In this document: positions 10,369 to 20,259 of the stretch, one piece after another | Numbering within the stretch: the first letter of the stretch is position 1 | Layout: every line of letters begins with the position of its first letter | Assembly: GCA_963664405.1 (NCBI GenBank) | Contig: OY761158.1 | Span: forward strand, 2,816,001 to 2,880,000 | Direction of reading: 5' to 3' | Length of the DNA: 64,000 nucleotides | DNA from: Thermoanaerobaculia bacterium | GTDB taxonomy: Bacteria > Acidobacteriota > Thermoanaerobaculia > Multivoradales > Multivoraceae | Notes under the pieces: model-generated | The model's database searches: none | What the model was told of the DNA's origin: nothing | What the model saw: only the letters and a program-made list of their open reading frames with translations | Program-made: the position numbers and the translations under genes

Positions 10369-11403
10369 ATGAGTGACCTTTCCAAGACCATCAAATGCGC
10401 CTTTCTCCTGCTGGCTCTTTTCTTCGTTGCCGTCGGAGCGTCTTCTCAAGAGGTGGCCGCGAAGGCCCCCCGTGCTGTGCTCGTCCAAGCGATTCACGAC
10501 TTCGGAGAGGTTGTCTACGGTCATAAAGTGAGCCACGAGTTCAAGGTGCGAAACACCGGCAACGCCATGCTCGAGATAGCTCGAGTCAACTCGACCTGCA
10601 ACTGTACTGTTGTCGACTTCGACGCCAAGATCCCCCCCGGTGGGGAGGGGAAGATAAGCGTGGTCGTCAGCACGGAGACGCAGGGCGGGCCTTTCGCTGT
10701 GCTAATGACCGCCGTCACCAACGATCCGGATAGGCCCCGGATCGAGATGTCGCTAAAGGCGGAGATCAAGTACCGCATCAAGGCGAAGCCCGGCTACGTG
10801 CGCTATATCGTCGTTCAAGGTTTCGAGGGCGACAGTCTAGTCGCGCAGACGCTGTGGCCGGCGGACGGTAAACCGATATCGATCAAGCAGGTGGACTCTC
10901 CCTACGATTTTGTCGAGGCTACCTTTCGCGAGGCACGAGAGGAGGAGCGGGAGCCGGATATCAAGGGGCAGCAGTGGAGAATCGAGACCACCATCTCACC
11001 CGACGCGCCCGTGGGTCCCCTCACTGGGTTTCTCGACGTGCATATCGAGAACTCGGAACAGAAACTCGCCAGACTGCCACTGAGCGGGTTCGTTCGTCCG
11101 ATGATTGCGGTGACCCCTCCGACCGTCGACCTGGGTAGTTTCGAGGTCGCAGAAGATGGCTATCGGGCCAGCGTTTACGTCAAGTCTTTCACTACCGAAG
11201 AGATCGTCATCAGCGCGGCCGAGACTACAGTCGAAGGGATCGATGCGGAGATCCGAGAAGACGAGCCAGGGAGGACCTATTACGTCATCGTCAGGGTTAG
11301 CCCCGAGGCCGCCAAAGGCGACTTCAAGGGACTCATACGAATCAAGACAGAAAGTCCGAAGAAGCCCGTGGTCGAAGTGCCCTTGAAAGGGACAGTGCTC
11401 TAG
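10369..11403 (+). CDS. DUF1573 domain Ig-like exported protein
   Basis: Signal peptide; HDFG...FKVRNTGNAMLEI..V.STCNCT...IPPGGEGKI; GAGGAG RBS. Confidence 0.82.
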   Translation: MSDLSKTIKCAFLLLALFFVAVGASSQEVAAKAPRAVLVQAIHDFGEVVYGHKVSHEFKVRNTGNAMLEIARVNSTCNCTVVDFDAKIPPGGEGKISVVVSTETQGGPFAVLMTAVTNDPDRPRIEMSLKAEIKYRIKAKPGYVRYIVVQGFEGDSLVAQTLWPADGKPISIKQVDSPYDFVEATFREAREEEREPDIKGQQWRIETTISPDAPVGPLTGFLDVHIENSEQKLARLPLSGFVRPMIAVTPPTVDLGSFEVAEDGYRASVYVKSFTTEEIVISAAETTVEGIDAEIREDEPGRTYYVIVRVSPEAAKGDFKGLIRIKTESPKKPVVEVPLKGTVL

Positions 11404-11443
11404 GAGCTCTGGCAGTGGGCGGTCCTGACCCTCGGTCGCCGCG

Positions 11444-12274
11444 TTACAACTTCTCCGGGTCTCCCCATAGATCGCCCTCGCTCTTGGGGCTGGCTGGCCG
11501 CCGCTCGCGCCGTTTCTCGACGCTGGCCACCTGTTCCAGAACGGGGGTGAGCACTTCTTGCTGCTTCTGATGGAGGATTCGAAGGCCGTCGAATGCGAGG
11601 TCGACGAGGGCATTGAGCTCCTCCCTCGAGAAGCTTCTCTCCTCGCCAGTGCCCTGAATCTCGACGACCTGCCCCGAGCCGGTGCCGACGATGTTCATAT
11701 CCACTTCGGCACTCGAGTCTTCGGCGTAGTCGAGGTCGAGCGAGGGGGCACCCTTGACCAGGCCTACCGAGATTGCCGCGAGGCTGTCCAGCATCGGCCA
11801 TCGGTCCAGATCACCGGCGGCGAGGGCCTGCGCGAGGGCTTGCACAACGGCGACGTAGCCGCAGCAGATCGAGGCTGTCCGTGTCCCGCCGTCAGCCTGT
11901 AGCACGTCGCAGTCGACAGTGACCGTGAGACCTGGCATGGCTCGCAGGTCCACGACAGCGCGCAGGCTGCGACCGATCAGACGTTGAATCTCCGAGGTCC
12001 TTCCCGAAGGCCGTCCTCGGGACACCTCGCGCTGCGAGCGGGTGTGGGTCGCGCGAGGCAGCATCGCGTACTCGGCGGTCAGCCAGCCTTTGCCGCTGTC
12101 CTCGAGAAAGCGGGGCACGCGCCGTTCTACGGATGCCGTAGCCAGCACTCGAGTGTCACCTACGTCGATGAGAGCCGAGCCCTCTGCGAACTTATTCACG
12201 CCGAGCTGAATGGAGACCGGCCGCAGCTGATCTAGCAGGCGGCCATTCGAGCGAGTGTGGTTCTTCATGGTCAT
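11444..12274 (-). CDS. rph: ribonuclease PH
   Basis: [48 protein letters not shown]. Confidence 0.97.
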   Translation of the reverse strand: MTMKNHTRSNGRLLDQLRPVSIQLGVNKFAEGSALIDVGDTRVLATASVERRVPRFLEDSGKGWLTAEYAMLPRATHTRSQREVSRGRPSGRTSEIQRLIGRSLRAVVDLRAMPGLTVTVDCDVLQADGGTRTASICCGYVAVVQALAQALAAGDLDRWPMLDSLAAISVGLVKGAPSLDLDYAEDSSAEVDMNIVGTGSGQVVEIQGTGEERSFSREELNALVDLAFDGLRILHQKQQEVLTPVLEQVASVEKRRERRPASPKSEGDLWGDPEKL

Positions 12275-12342
12275 TTGGGTTCTTGCCTCTCTCCGGTCGC
12301 ATCGGGGGTTGCCCCATGGTCTCAACAATGATCCGTCCGAGC

Positions 12343-12939
12343 TCAGGACGAGACGAGCCGGCGGTCGGGTCTTAGGGGACGCGAGGTGTCGATGTGGCCA
12401 CCGAAAGTGGGCGGCTGGCGGCCGTTCCACAGAATCACAACGGACCCAATTGTCTGCACATTCTCCACTAAGGTGTGGACGACGCTGTAAAGAGTCAGCA
12501 TCTCGGTGGTTGAGCCCGTTACCGGCGGCGTCGCATGCTCCGAGGATCGAAGGTCGACGAAAGCAACGCCTTCCTCGGTGAGATGGAAACTGCCGAGAGT
12601 GACGTCAGCCGGCAGCCCGGCAGGCAGCAGCCCAGATTGAGGGCCGGCGAGCAGCTCGTTGACCAAGAGGGTCCCCAATGCCCGAGGATCTTCGACCTCT
12701 GGGAGCAACCGCGGCTCGGGATATAGCTTGCTCTCTTCCCCTGGAAAGTAGAGCACGACGCGGGCTGTAGCAGCGGACTCGGCCAGCTTATCGATCTCCT
12801 GAGCTGGGTCAGGCTGTAGCGTCGACTCAGCCTCTCTTTCCTCCTGCCGCGCAGGCGGGCGGGGGCTGCGAAGCAGAAGAGCAGAGGTGATGAGGATTGC
12901 GGCGGCGATGACGAGGGTCAGGGCTAGACGACGATTCAT
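12343..12939 (-). CDS. GerMN domain-containing protein
   Basis: N-terminal TM; [38 protein letters not shown]. Confidence 0.85.
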   Translation of the reverse strand: MNRRLALTLVIAAAILITSALLLRSPRPPARQEEREAESTLQPDPAQEIDKLAESAATARVVLYFPGEESKLYPEPRLLPEVEDPRALGTLLVNELLAGPQSGLLPAGLPADVTLGSFHLTEEGVAFVDLRSSEHATPPVTGSTTEMLTLYSVVHTLVENVQTIGSVVILWNGRQPPTFGGHIDTSRPLRPDRRLVSS

Positions 12940-14480
12940 GGTCTTCCCACTGCCGCCTGTCGGTCGTCTTGCTCGAGCAGCGCATTGAAGCGGACTACCG
13001 CCTTCACCACCGCGTCGACGAGTTGGGCTCGGTAGGCAGGGTCGAGGAGCTCAGCCTCCTCGTCTGGGTTGGTGATGAAGCCGAGCTCGAGAAGAACCGC
13101 CGGCATGGTTGCGCCAACGAGCACCGCAAAAGGGGCCTGACGGACCCCACGATTGGTCAGGCCGAGCGTCTGACTCAGCTCGTATTGGATGAGGCTTCCG
13201 AGTTGCTGGCTGGCGGCAAGGTGCTGGCTCTGAGCAAGGTCCCAGAGGAGCAGCTGAAGACCCTCGTCGGGAGCTTCGCTGACCTCGTTGTCACCGCTCT
13301 CGTTCTCGGCTGCGGCGATCTCGAGAGCTCGTTCGTCGCTGGCGTCGACACTGAGGAAGTAGGTTTCCGCTCCATGAGCGCTGCGATCGGGAGACGCGTT
13401 GAGGTGGAGCGAGATGAAGAGATTGGCTTGATTCTGGTTGGCGAGGGCGGTGCGAGTCGCGAGCGGAAGATCGGCATCGTCATTGCGAGTGAGCACTACG
13501 TTCACTGCGAGTCGCTCCTCTAGCTTGCGCTTGAGGGCCTTTGCCAAGATGAGGGTCAACGCCTTCTCCTCACTACCCGCGGGGCCCAATGCGCCCTGCT
13601 CCACGCCGCCGTGACCGGGATCCAAAACCACGGTTCGCAGCGCCCCTCCGCTCGGCTCACCCTGGCCGGGAGGTGGGCGATCGGTCAAGGTGCCTGCGGT
13701 GTTGAAGGTGCCGGAGAGCGAGAGGTCGAGTACCAGTCGTAGGCCACGACTCGAGGTAGCTCCTGGAGATCGAGCCAGAACATAGGGCTCGGCAGCGGCT
13801 GCGCCGGGCTCGAGTTGGAGACGGATGCTATGTTCGTCGACCTTGACGCTCCGTAGCAGAGAGCGACTAGGATGGGGTCTTCCTTGGATCAATTGGAGGC
13901 GATCGATAGGGATCTCGATATCGACGATTTGCCCCTTGTCATTGACCGTATAGCTTGGCGTCTGGTCGAACTGAAGCACGACAGTCGTGATGCCTTGGAT
14001 GTGCACCACTTGGACTTCGACGTTGATCTCGCGAGGGCGTTGGCGGCCAACGCTGAGCTGGCGGAGCGAGCTGTCCCAGCGCAGCTCCAGACCGAGAAGA
14101 TCGCCGTAACTCTTCTTCAGAGCGTCGAGGGGAACTCGCACTCCATTTTCGGTGAGGACCGGTACCTGCGACAGCACTATGATTTCGCGCCCTACGGTCA
14201 TCGCGCCCGCCCCCGGCCCGAGTAGGACCGCGGTGTCCGCGATGAGAAGTCGATGACTCTCATTGAGGGGCCCGACTTGGAGCTGGCCGCCGAGCCGATC
14301 GACGATCGGCTGAAGAAGGAAGAGAGGTCCTGAGAGGCCGGGCGAGAACGCGATCGGGACCTGCTCGTTCCCGATCAACAGGGTGGCGCCAAACGACGGA
14401 AGCTCGGCCACGGAGGGCGGCTGGGCATTCGAGCAGAGGGCGAAGGAGGTGACCGCGAGGGTCAGAAGGAGGGCTCTCAC
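12936..14480 (-). CDS. amiC: N-acetylmuramoyl-L-alanine amidase (Amidase_3)
   Basis: VVLDPGHGG, EKALTL, FISLHLNA, MPAVLLELGFITN; signal peptide. Confidence 0.9.
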   Translation of the reverse strand: MRALLLTLAVTSFALCSNAQPPSVAELPSFGATLLIGNEQVPIAFSPGLSGPLFLLQPIVDRLGGQLQVGPLNESHRLLIADTAVLLGPGAGAMTVGREIIVLSQVPVLTENGVRVPLDALKKSYGDLLGLELRWDSSLRQLSVGRQRPREINVEVQVVHIQGITTVVLQFDQTPSYTVNDKGQIVDIEIPIDRLQLIQGRPHPSRSLLRSVKVDEHSIRLQLEPGAAAAEPYVLARSPGATSSRGLRLVLDLSLSGTFNTAGTLTDRPPPGQGEPSGGALRTVVLDPGHGGVEQGALGPAGSEEKALTLILAKALKRKLEERLAVNVVLTRNDDADLPLATRTALANQNQANLFISLHLNASPDRSAHGAETYFLSVDASDERALEIAAAENESGDNEVSEAPDEGLQLLLWDLAQSQHLAASQQLGSLIQYELSQTLGLTNRGVRQAPFAVLVGATMPAVLLELGFITNPDEEAELLDPAYRAQLVDAVVKAVVRFNALLEQDDRQAAVGRP

Positions 14481-14538
14481 CGCAGGGTAGAATATCATCG
14501 CTCACCCACTGCCTGTGGTCTATGCTGCGTTTCAGATC

Positions 14539-16098
14539 ATGCAGAGGTCGGCTAATGGACTAGCGATCATCGCGCTTTCGCTGATTCTCGGCGTCGTATA
14601 CCTGTCGACGTTGCTCTCGGGGGTGGGGACCGGAGACATCGCTGAGATCCAGGCGATGAGTCCGCAGCTTGGTGTATGCCACGTTCCGGGCTACGCGATC
14701 GAAGTCAGTTTCGGCAGGGTGTTCAGCCTGCTGCCACTCGGGCACGACATCGCGTGGCGCCTCAACCTGATGATGGCCGTCTGCGGCGTTCTGGGGTGTC
14801 TGGCTCTCTACGGGGCGGTCCGGCGTGTGTCAGGTCGCATTCTTCCCGGCGTTGTCGCGGCGACACTGCTCGGTTTCAGCAGCATTTATTGGAGCTTCTC
14901 CGTAGCCGCCGAGGCCTACGTCTTTCACGGCATGTTCCTGCTCCTAGCCGTCTATACGACCGTGCGATTTTCGTTCTCGGATAGGCCCTTCTGGCTCTAC
15001 ACGACGGCGCTCTCTCTTGGCATCTGTGTCGGAGGACGACCCTCAGAGCTTTTTGTCCTGATCGGTTTCTTTGCGGCGATCGTCGGGTCGCGTACTAGGA
15101 GCGTCCTCGAGCCACGACGGATCGTCGCGTGCGTTGCCCTGTTCGTGCTGCCGTTTCTCTACTCGGTTGCCTTTCACCTGGCTCGCTACGACACGGCGTA
15201 TCCACACGCGCGTGACTACACTTTCGCCGAGCGGGTCGAGGGCAATCGATGGGAGGAAGAGTGGCTCGAGTCGAGCAGCATCCTCGACGCGGTCAAGTAC
15301 ACCCTGGGCTGGTCTTGGGCGGAAGAGGCGGCCGCGGACGACAACCTGAAGCATCTTGGCATCGGGGTGTCTCGCTACGCCAGGCTTCTCAGTGGAGCGG
15401 CGATCATTGCGGGGGACCGGCCGCCATCGACCCTGGTCGCGCAGGAGCGAGGCTTTGGCACCAGTCTGGGCTTGCCTGGAGTGCTTCTCGCTCTGGCCGG
15501 CGTGGGCTTCTTTCGAGGGCGCCGAAAGTGGGTGCTCCTGGGCCTCGGGCTCTTCCTGGGTAATCTGATCTTCTATCTATGGCATGTGCGCTGGGATGGA
15601 ATGACCTTCACCGTGCCGGGACTTGCCGGTCTGGCGTTCTTGGCAGGCCTGGGCGCGGCAGGTCCGGCAGGCGCGCAGCCGCGTCGTAGCTGGGCGCGGG
15701 CCGGCGTCGCGATCGGACTCTCGATGTCTGCAGTACTGCTTGCGACCAACTATCGACTGGTCGATCGCTCGGACCGGGGCGAGGTGCCGTTTTGGAGGGA
15801 CCGTGTGCCGGGCGAGAAGGCCCGGTACTTCCCCCGCGACAGCATCCTGATCCTGACTTACTGGCAGTCTACGACTTATCGCTATGCTCTTCACGTCGAG
15901 GCCGAGCGGTCCGACATCGTGATTGGCATCTACGACGAGAGTGACAACGACCAGTTTCTAGCCAAGGTTCGAGAGCTCGACCGACCGACCTTCATCTACA
16001 GTCCTTCCATCGAGAGTGGCGAAACGCCGCCAGAGCTCGCTCGTTACGGACTCGTGATGGTCCATGCGGGCGGGGGGGCTGACGGCCTGCCCTTTTGA
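14539..16098 (+). CDS. DUF2723/TMEM260-like GT-C membrane glycosyltransferase
   Basis: GDIAEI...LGVCHVPGY, AWRLNL, YWSFSVAAEAY; many TM helices. Confidence 0.72.
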   Translation: MQRSANGLAIIALSLILGVVYLSTLLSGVGTGDIAEIQAMSPQLGVCHVPGYAIEVSFGRVFSLLPLGHDIAWRLNLMMAVCGVLGCLALYGAVRRVSGRILPGVVAATLLGFSSIYWSFSVAAEAYVFHGMFLLLAVYTTVRFSFSDRPFWLYTTALSLGICVGGRPSELFVLIGFFAAIVGSRTRSVLEPRRIVACVALFVLPFLYSVAFHLARYDTAYPHARDYTFAERVEGNRWEEEWLESSSILDAVKYTLGWSWAEEAAADDNLKHLGIGVSRYARLLSGAAIIAGDRPPSTLVAQERGFGTSLGLPGVLLALAGVGFFRGRRKWVLLGLGLFLGNLIFYLWHVRWDGMTFTVPGLAGLAFLAGLGAAGPAGAQPRRSWARAGVAIGLSMSAVLLATNYRLVDRSDRGEVPFWRDRVPGEKARYFPRDSILILTYWQSTTYRYALHVEAERSDIVIGIYDESDNDQFLAKVRELDRPTFIYSPSIESGETPPELARYGLVMVHAGGGADGLPF

Positions 16099-16131
16099 CC
16101 GGCGCTCTCTAGCGGCGTATTCTCGACGGGC

Positions 16132-16785
16132 TTGTTGACCAGTCTTCTCCTCCCAGTGTCCAGTCTCACGGCCAACTTTGCACCAGAGACTCCGTTCGGG
16201 CGTCGCGTCTATCGCCTCACCTTCGTCGTGGGAGTGGTGGTGTTCGTCGGGCTGGCGCTTGCTGGAATTGCCTACTCGCTCCTTTTCGATCACCGACCGC
16301 CGGACCTTTCGACGAACTATTTGGCCCGTCACTTCCTTGCTCTCGCGGAACAGGAGGACCACGCCGCCCTCAGCGCCGAGCTGCGGATCACCGCCGAGAT
16401 CGATCCACAGCCCCAGATGCTTGAGAATTTGGCTCGTGCGGCGGCCCGGGCGAACGATCAGGAGAGCCTTCGCTTTGCGCTGACGCGTCTGATCGAAAGT
16501 GGCATGGCGACAGACGCCGGCTCGTATCTCGGGCTTGCTACCCTCCTTCTTCGGCAGCCGGATCTAAAGGTGGGAGACGCGACGAGCGCCGTCTCGTATC
16601 TCCAAGAGTCGCTGCGACTCGATCCGGACCAGGCGGTCGCAAACAACAACCTCGGGACAGCCTTTTTGCTGGTCGGCCAGCCAGATCAGGCTGCCGCGGC
16701 CTTTCGCCGTGCGCTCGAGCTGGATCCCGGCCTCGAGAGCGCCAAGACTGGGCTCGACCTAGCGACTGGAACGACGGCCCCATGA
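16132..16785 (+). CDS. membrane-anchored TPR protein
   Basis: One TM helix; ANNNLGTAF...AAAAFRRALELDPG TPR. Confidence 0.75.
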   Translation: MLTSLLLPVSSLTANFAPETPFGRRVYRLTFVVGVVVFVGLALAGIAYSLLFDHRPPDLSTNYLARHFLALAEQEDHAALSAELRITAEIDPQPQMLENLARAAARANDQESLRFALTRLIESGMATDAGSYLGLATLLLRQPDLKVGDATSAVSYLQESLRLDPDQAVANNNLGTAFLLVGQPDQAAAAFRRALELDPGLESAKTGLDLATGTTAP

Positions 16786-17867
16786 GTCGCCGTTCGGACA
16801 CTGCCGCACCTGAGCGGAGTATTCAGCAGGGCCTCGTTGGGCGTCTCTTCGTTCACCCTCTGTTCGACTATCTGCTGATCGGGGGCGGCTTGAGCCTCAT
16901 GACTCTTCCGATCGTGGCGGGGTGGACTGGCGGCCAGAACGTCTTTGCCGAGACAAGCCTTCCCTACATCCTCTTTGCCAGCACGATGGCTCACTTCGCG
17001 TCGTCTACCGTCAGGCTCTACACCAAGCCGCAAGCGACGGCTTCGTGGCCCTTTCTGACGATGGTCTTTCCCTTGCTGGCCCTTGCTGTGTTGACTCTCT
17101 GCATTTCGCAGCCCCAGCGTCTGGGCGCTCATCTGCAAGGCCTTTATCTGACCTGGTCTCCCTATCACTACGCGGCTCAGGCCTACGGCCTTACGGTGAT
17201 GTATTGCTATCGCTCCGGATGCCTCTTGCCGGCAGCCGACAAGAAGCTCCTCTGGTGGGTGAGCATGCTCCCCTTCTTTTTCTCTTTTCTGTTTTCGACC
17301 TATAGTGGGGCCCGCTGGCTCCTACCTGCCGCCGTCTTTTCCAACCCCGTCGTCGAGGCCGGCCTTGCAGCAATCCGGCCCGTTCTGAGTGTCCTTGTTT
17401 TTCTGGGGCCGGTGGCGGTCTTCTTCAAGGTCTGGCGAAGCGCCCCTGCAGTGATGCCACTGATCGGCCCTCTCATGCTCATTGCCAACGGCATCTGGTG
17501 GCTGCTGCTGAGTTTCGACGCCTTCGTCTGGGCGACCGTGTTTCACGGGCTGCAATATCTCGCGATTGTCGTCATCTTTCACCTCAAGGATCAACGCGAC
17601 CTCCCCGGCAACCATCATGGAACCGCCTTTCACGTGGTCAAATTTTACGGGCTCTGCCTGCTCTTGGGCTATGGCTTGTTCAAGTGCTTGCCTTTGGCGT
17701 ACGTCTGGGCGGGCTTCGGCTTCGGCGAGAGTCTGCTGCTGGTGACTGCGGCGATCAATCTCCACCACTTCATCGTCGACGCCTATATCTGGCGGCTCAA
17801 GAAGAGCGACCCGAATCGAAGGATTGTCGACGAGGGACTGGGACTAGGAGACGGTCAGACGGTCTGA
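16782..17867 (+). CDS. polytopic membrane protein with conserved His motifs, function unknown
   Basis: HFASS, YHYAAQAYG, FHGLQY, NLHHFIVDAYIW; ATGA overlap with the TPR gene. Confidence 0.75.
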   Translation: MSRRSDTAAPERSIQQGLVGRLFVHPLFDYLLIGGGLSLMTLPIVAGWTGGQNVFAETSLPYILFASTMAHFASSTVRLYTKPQATASWPFLTMVFPLLALAVLTLCISQPQRLGAHLQGLYLTWSPYHYAAQAYGLTVMYCYRSGCLLPAADKKLLWWVSMLPFFFSFLFSTYSGARWLLPAAVFSNPVVEAGLAAIRPVLSVLVFLGPVAVFFKVWRSAPAVMPLIGPLMLIANGIWWLLLSFDAFVWATVFHGLQYLAIVVIFHLKDQRDLPGNHHGTAFHVVKFYGLCLLLGYGLFKCLPLAYVWAGFGFGESLLLVTAAINLHHFIVDAYIWRLKKSDPNRRIVDEGLGLGDGQTV

Positions 17868-18503
17868 ACCGATGTTGGCGAGGACCTCCGCCGCGTTTCG
17901 GACGGCCAGCTCCAAGTCGAAGACGCCACCTTCCCTCGGGCCGCAGTAGTTCGATATCCCTCGGAGCTCGATGAAACGAACCCCGTGCCGCGCGGCTGCG
18001 ATCGCGACCGCGGCTCCCTCCATCCCTTCGGCAGCCGCTCCCATGGCAGCGCGCTCCAGCGCCAGGCGAGTCGAGCCGGCGCACACGCTCACCGTTGCTA
18101 GGCGACCGAGATGAATCGAAAAGCCCTCGCTCGGCGTGCACCCGAGGCAGCGCGCCAGCTCCGAATCGGTGGCTAGCCAAGAGGCGCCTGGCACTTCCAT
18201 GCCGGGCTTGTGGAATGGCACAAAGTGAGCGCCGTCGTCGAGTCCCTCGTCGACCACCGCGGTCTCGGTGGCGATGATGACGTCTCCGATATGCATGCCG
18301 CTCTCGGGATAGGCGCCTGCCACGCCGAAAGAGATGACGGCATCGACGCCTCCGCTTGCGAGACGAAGCGCGGTCGAGGTGGCTGCGCCGGTCTTGCCGA
18401 CACCGCAGACGAGGACCTCGATGTCATGCCGATCGGGGCGCTCTGCTTCGGTCGCGACCACTACTAGAATCGTTCCGGCTGCCATGCTCGAATCTTCGCC
18501 CAT
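17844..18503 (-). CDS. mqnB: futalosine hydrolase (PNP/MTA nucleosidase fold)
   Basis: VVATEAE, GVGKTGAA, FGVAGAYP, ATVSVCAG, MEGAAVA, ELRGISN. Confidence 0.8.
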   Translation of the reverse strand: MGEDSSMAAGTILVVVATEAERPDRHDIEVLVCGVGKTGAATSTALRLASGGVDAVISFGVAGAYPESGMHIGDVIIATETAVVDEGLDDGAHFVPFHKPGMEVPGASWLATDSELARCLGCTPSEGFSIHLGRLATVSVCAGSTRLALERAAMGAAAEGMEGAAVAIAAARHGVRFIELRGISNYCGPREGGVFDLELAVRNAAEVLANIGSDRLTVS

Positions 18504-18845
18504 TCCCGCTTCCCGGCGCCATGTTATCCAGCAGAGTCGCAAATCGTGAGGGTTCTGGGTTAAACTGCGGCTGACAGCTGGGATTTCACGTCGCCTGAAA
18601 CGCGCCGTCCCTAAGTAGAACGGCGTTTTTGGCTCGGCCCGGTATCCCGCCACGAAGAAAGGCTCGCTCACGACAGCTTGGTCGTGCGGGCACACCCACC
18701 AGGAAATCGACCACAAACTTAGCTCACACTAGTGTCCGGCCTCCTTTGGCCGGACCTTCGAGATGCCGCGATCGTTGCGGCCCTGTCTTTTCCACGCGTC
18801 CGGCGGGTTGAGATTTGGAAACCCCCGGACCTGGAGAAGAAGATA

Positions 18846-20171
18846 ATGAAAGAACATGCGAGTGCGCTACGCGCACGCCCCGACAATTCCGTCCCTCAAT
18901 CGAAGGACCTGCTTCCGCAGGGCGCCTTTAGCGAGCTGATCCCCGAGCTGCAACAGGCCGTCGCAGCCGAGGGCTACCTGACGCCCACGCCGATCCAGGA
19001 GCAGTGCATTCCGCACTTGTTGGATGGCCGGGATCTACTCGGCTGCGCCCAGACTGGAACCGGCAAGACCGCCGCTTTTACCCTGCCACTACTTCAAGGC
19101 TTCGCGGGCGATAACCGTCGCCCGCGCAAGGGGACCCCTCGAGCTCTGATTCTGGCCCCCACCCGCGAGCTCGCGGCGCAGATCGGGCAGAGCATCCGGA
19201 CCTACGGGCGCTTTCTGCGTCTCAGCCACACTGTGATCTTCGGTGGTGTCAACCAATTCCAACAGGTCAAGGCTCTGCGCAACGGAGTCGACATCCTCGT
19301 CGCCACTCCTGGGCGGTTGCTTGATCTGATGGAGCAAGGTTTCGTCCACCTCAGCGAGGTGGAGGTCTTCATTCTCGACGAGGCCGACCGGATGCTCGAT
19401 ATGGGCTTCGTTCCCGACGTAAGAAGGGTGTTGGCGAAGCTTCCCGTCGATCGCCAGACTCTCTTCTGCTCGGCGACGATGCCCCCCAGAGTCATGGAGC
19501 TCGCTCGCACCATGGTCCGCAATCCGGTGCGCGTGACGATTACGCCCGACCAGCCGGCAGTGGAGCGAATTAGCCAGAGAGTGCTCTTTGTCGGGAAGAG
19601 GGACAAGGATGCCTTATTGGTCTCGCTCTTGAGCGACCCGGGGATCGAGAAGGCGATCGTTTTCACTCAGATGAAGCATGCCGCCAACAAGGTGGTCGAC
19701 AAACTGCTGGCCGCCGGTATTGCGGGCGCCGCCATCCACGGCAACAAGAGCCAGCCGGCTCGCACCAAAGCCCTCGACGGCTTCAAGCAGGGGCGCTTCC
19801 GGGTACTGGTCGCCACCGACGTTGCTGCGCGCGGCCTGGATGTCGATGACATTACCCACGTCATCAACTATGACCTTCCTGTCGAGCCGGAGACCTACGT
19901 GCATCGGATCGGGCGCACCGCCAGAGCGGGTGCCAGCGGTGCCGCAATCTCGTTCTGTTGCGCCGAGGAGCGTGCGTATCTGCGAGCTATCGAGCGTCTT
20001 CTGGGCGAGCCAGTGCCTGCCGATCAGGAGCACCCCTACCATTCTGACGATGCGTTGCGGTCCACTCAGCCGGCACCGAGAAACTTCGGCCGCGGCGGAA
20101 GTCGCGGCAGCTCGCACGCACGTCCTCAGGGTAACCCTGCCCTCCACCGACGCAGGAACCGCAGACGCTAG
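18846..20171 (+). CDS. rhlE: DEAD-box RNA helicase (RhlE-like)
   Basis: PTPIQ, AQTGTGKT, PTRELA, DEADRMLDMGF, SAT, HRIGRTARAG. Confidence 0.9.
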   Translation: MKEHASALRARPDNSVPQSKDLLPQGAFSELIPELQQAVAAEGYLTPTPIQEQCIPHLLDGRDLLGCAQTGTGKTAAFTLPLLQGFAGDNRRPRKGTPRALILAPTRELAAQIGQSIRTYGRFLRLSHTVIFGGVNQFQQVKALRNGVDILVATPGRLLDLMEQGFVHLSEVEVFILDEADRMLDMGFVPDVRRVLAKLPVDRQTLFCSATMPPRVMELARTMVRNPVRVTITPDQPAVERISQRVLFVGKRDKDALLVSLLSDPGIEKAIVFTQMKHAANKVVDKLLAAGIAGAAIHGNKSQPARTKALDGFKQGRFRVLVATDVAARGLDVDDITHVINYDLPVEPETYVHRIGRTARAGASGAAISFCCAEERAYLRAIERLLGEPVPADQEHPYHSDDALRSTQPAPRNFGRGGSRGSSHARPQGNPALHRRRNRRR

Positions 20172-20259
20172 ACGGGAGCCAAGCCCGACAGAATCGGACG
20201 CGGTCCATTCGAATCCTTGAGGCGATCTGACGCCGGGTGTAGGATCCGAGGGTGCTCTT

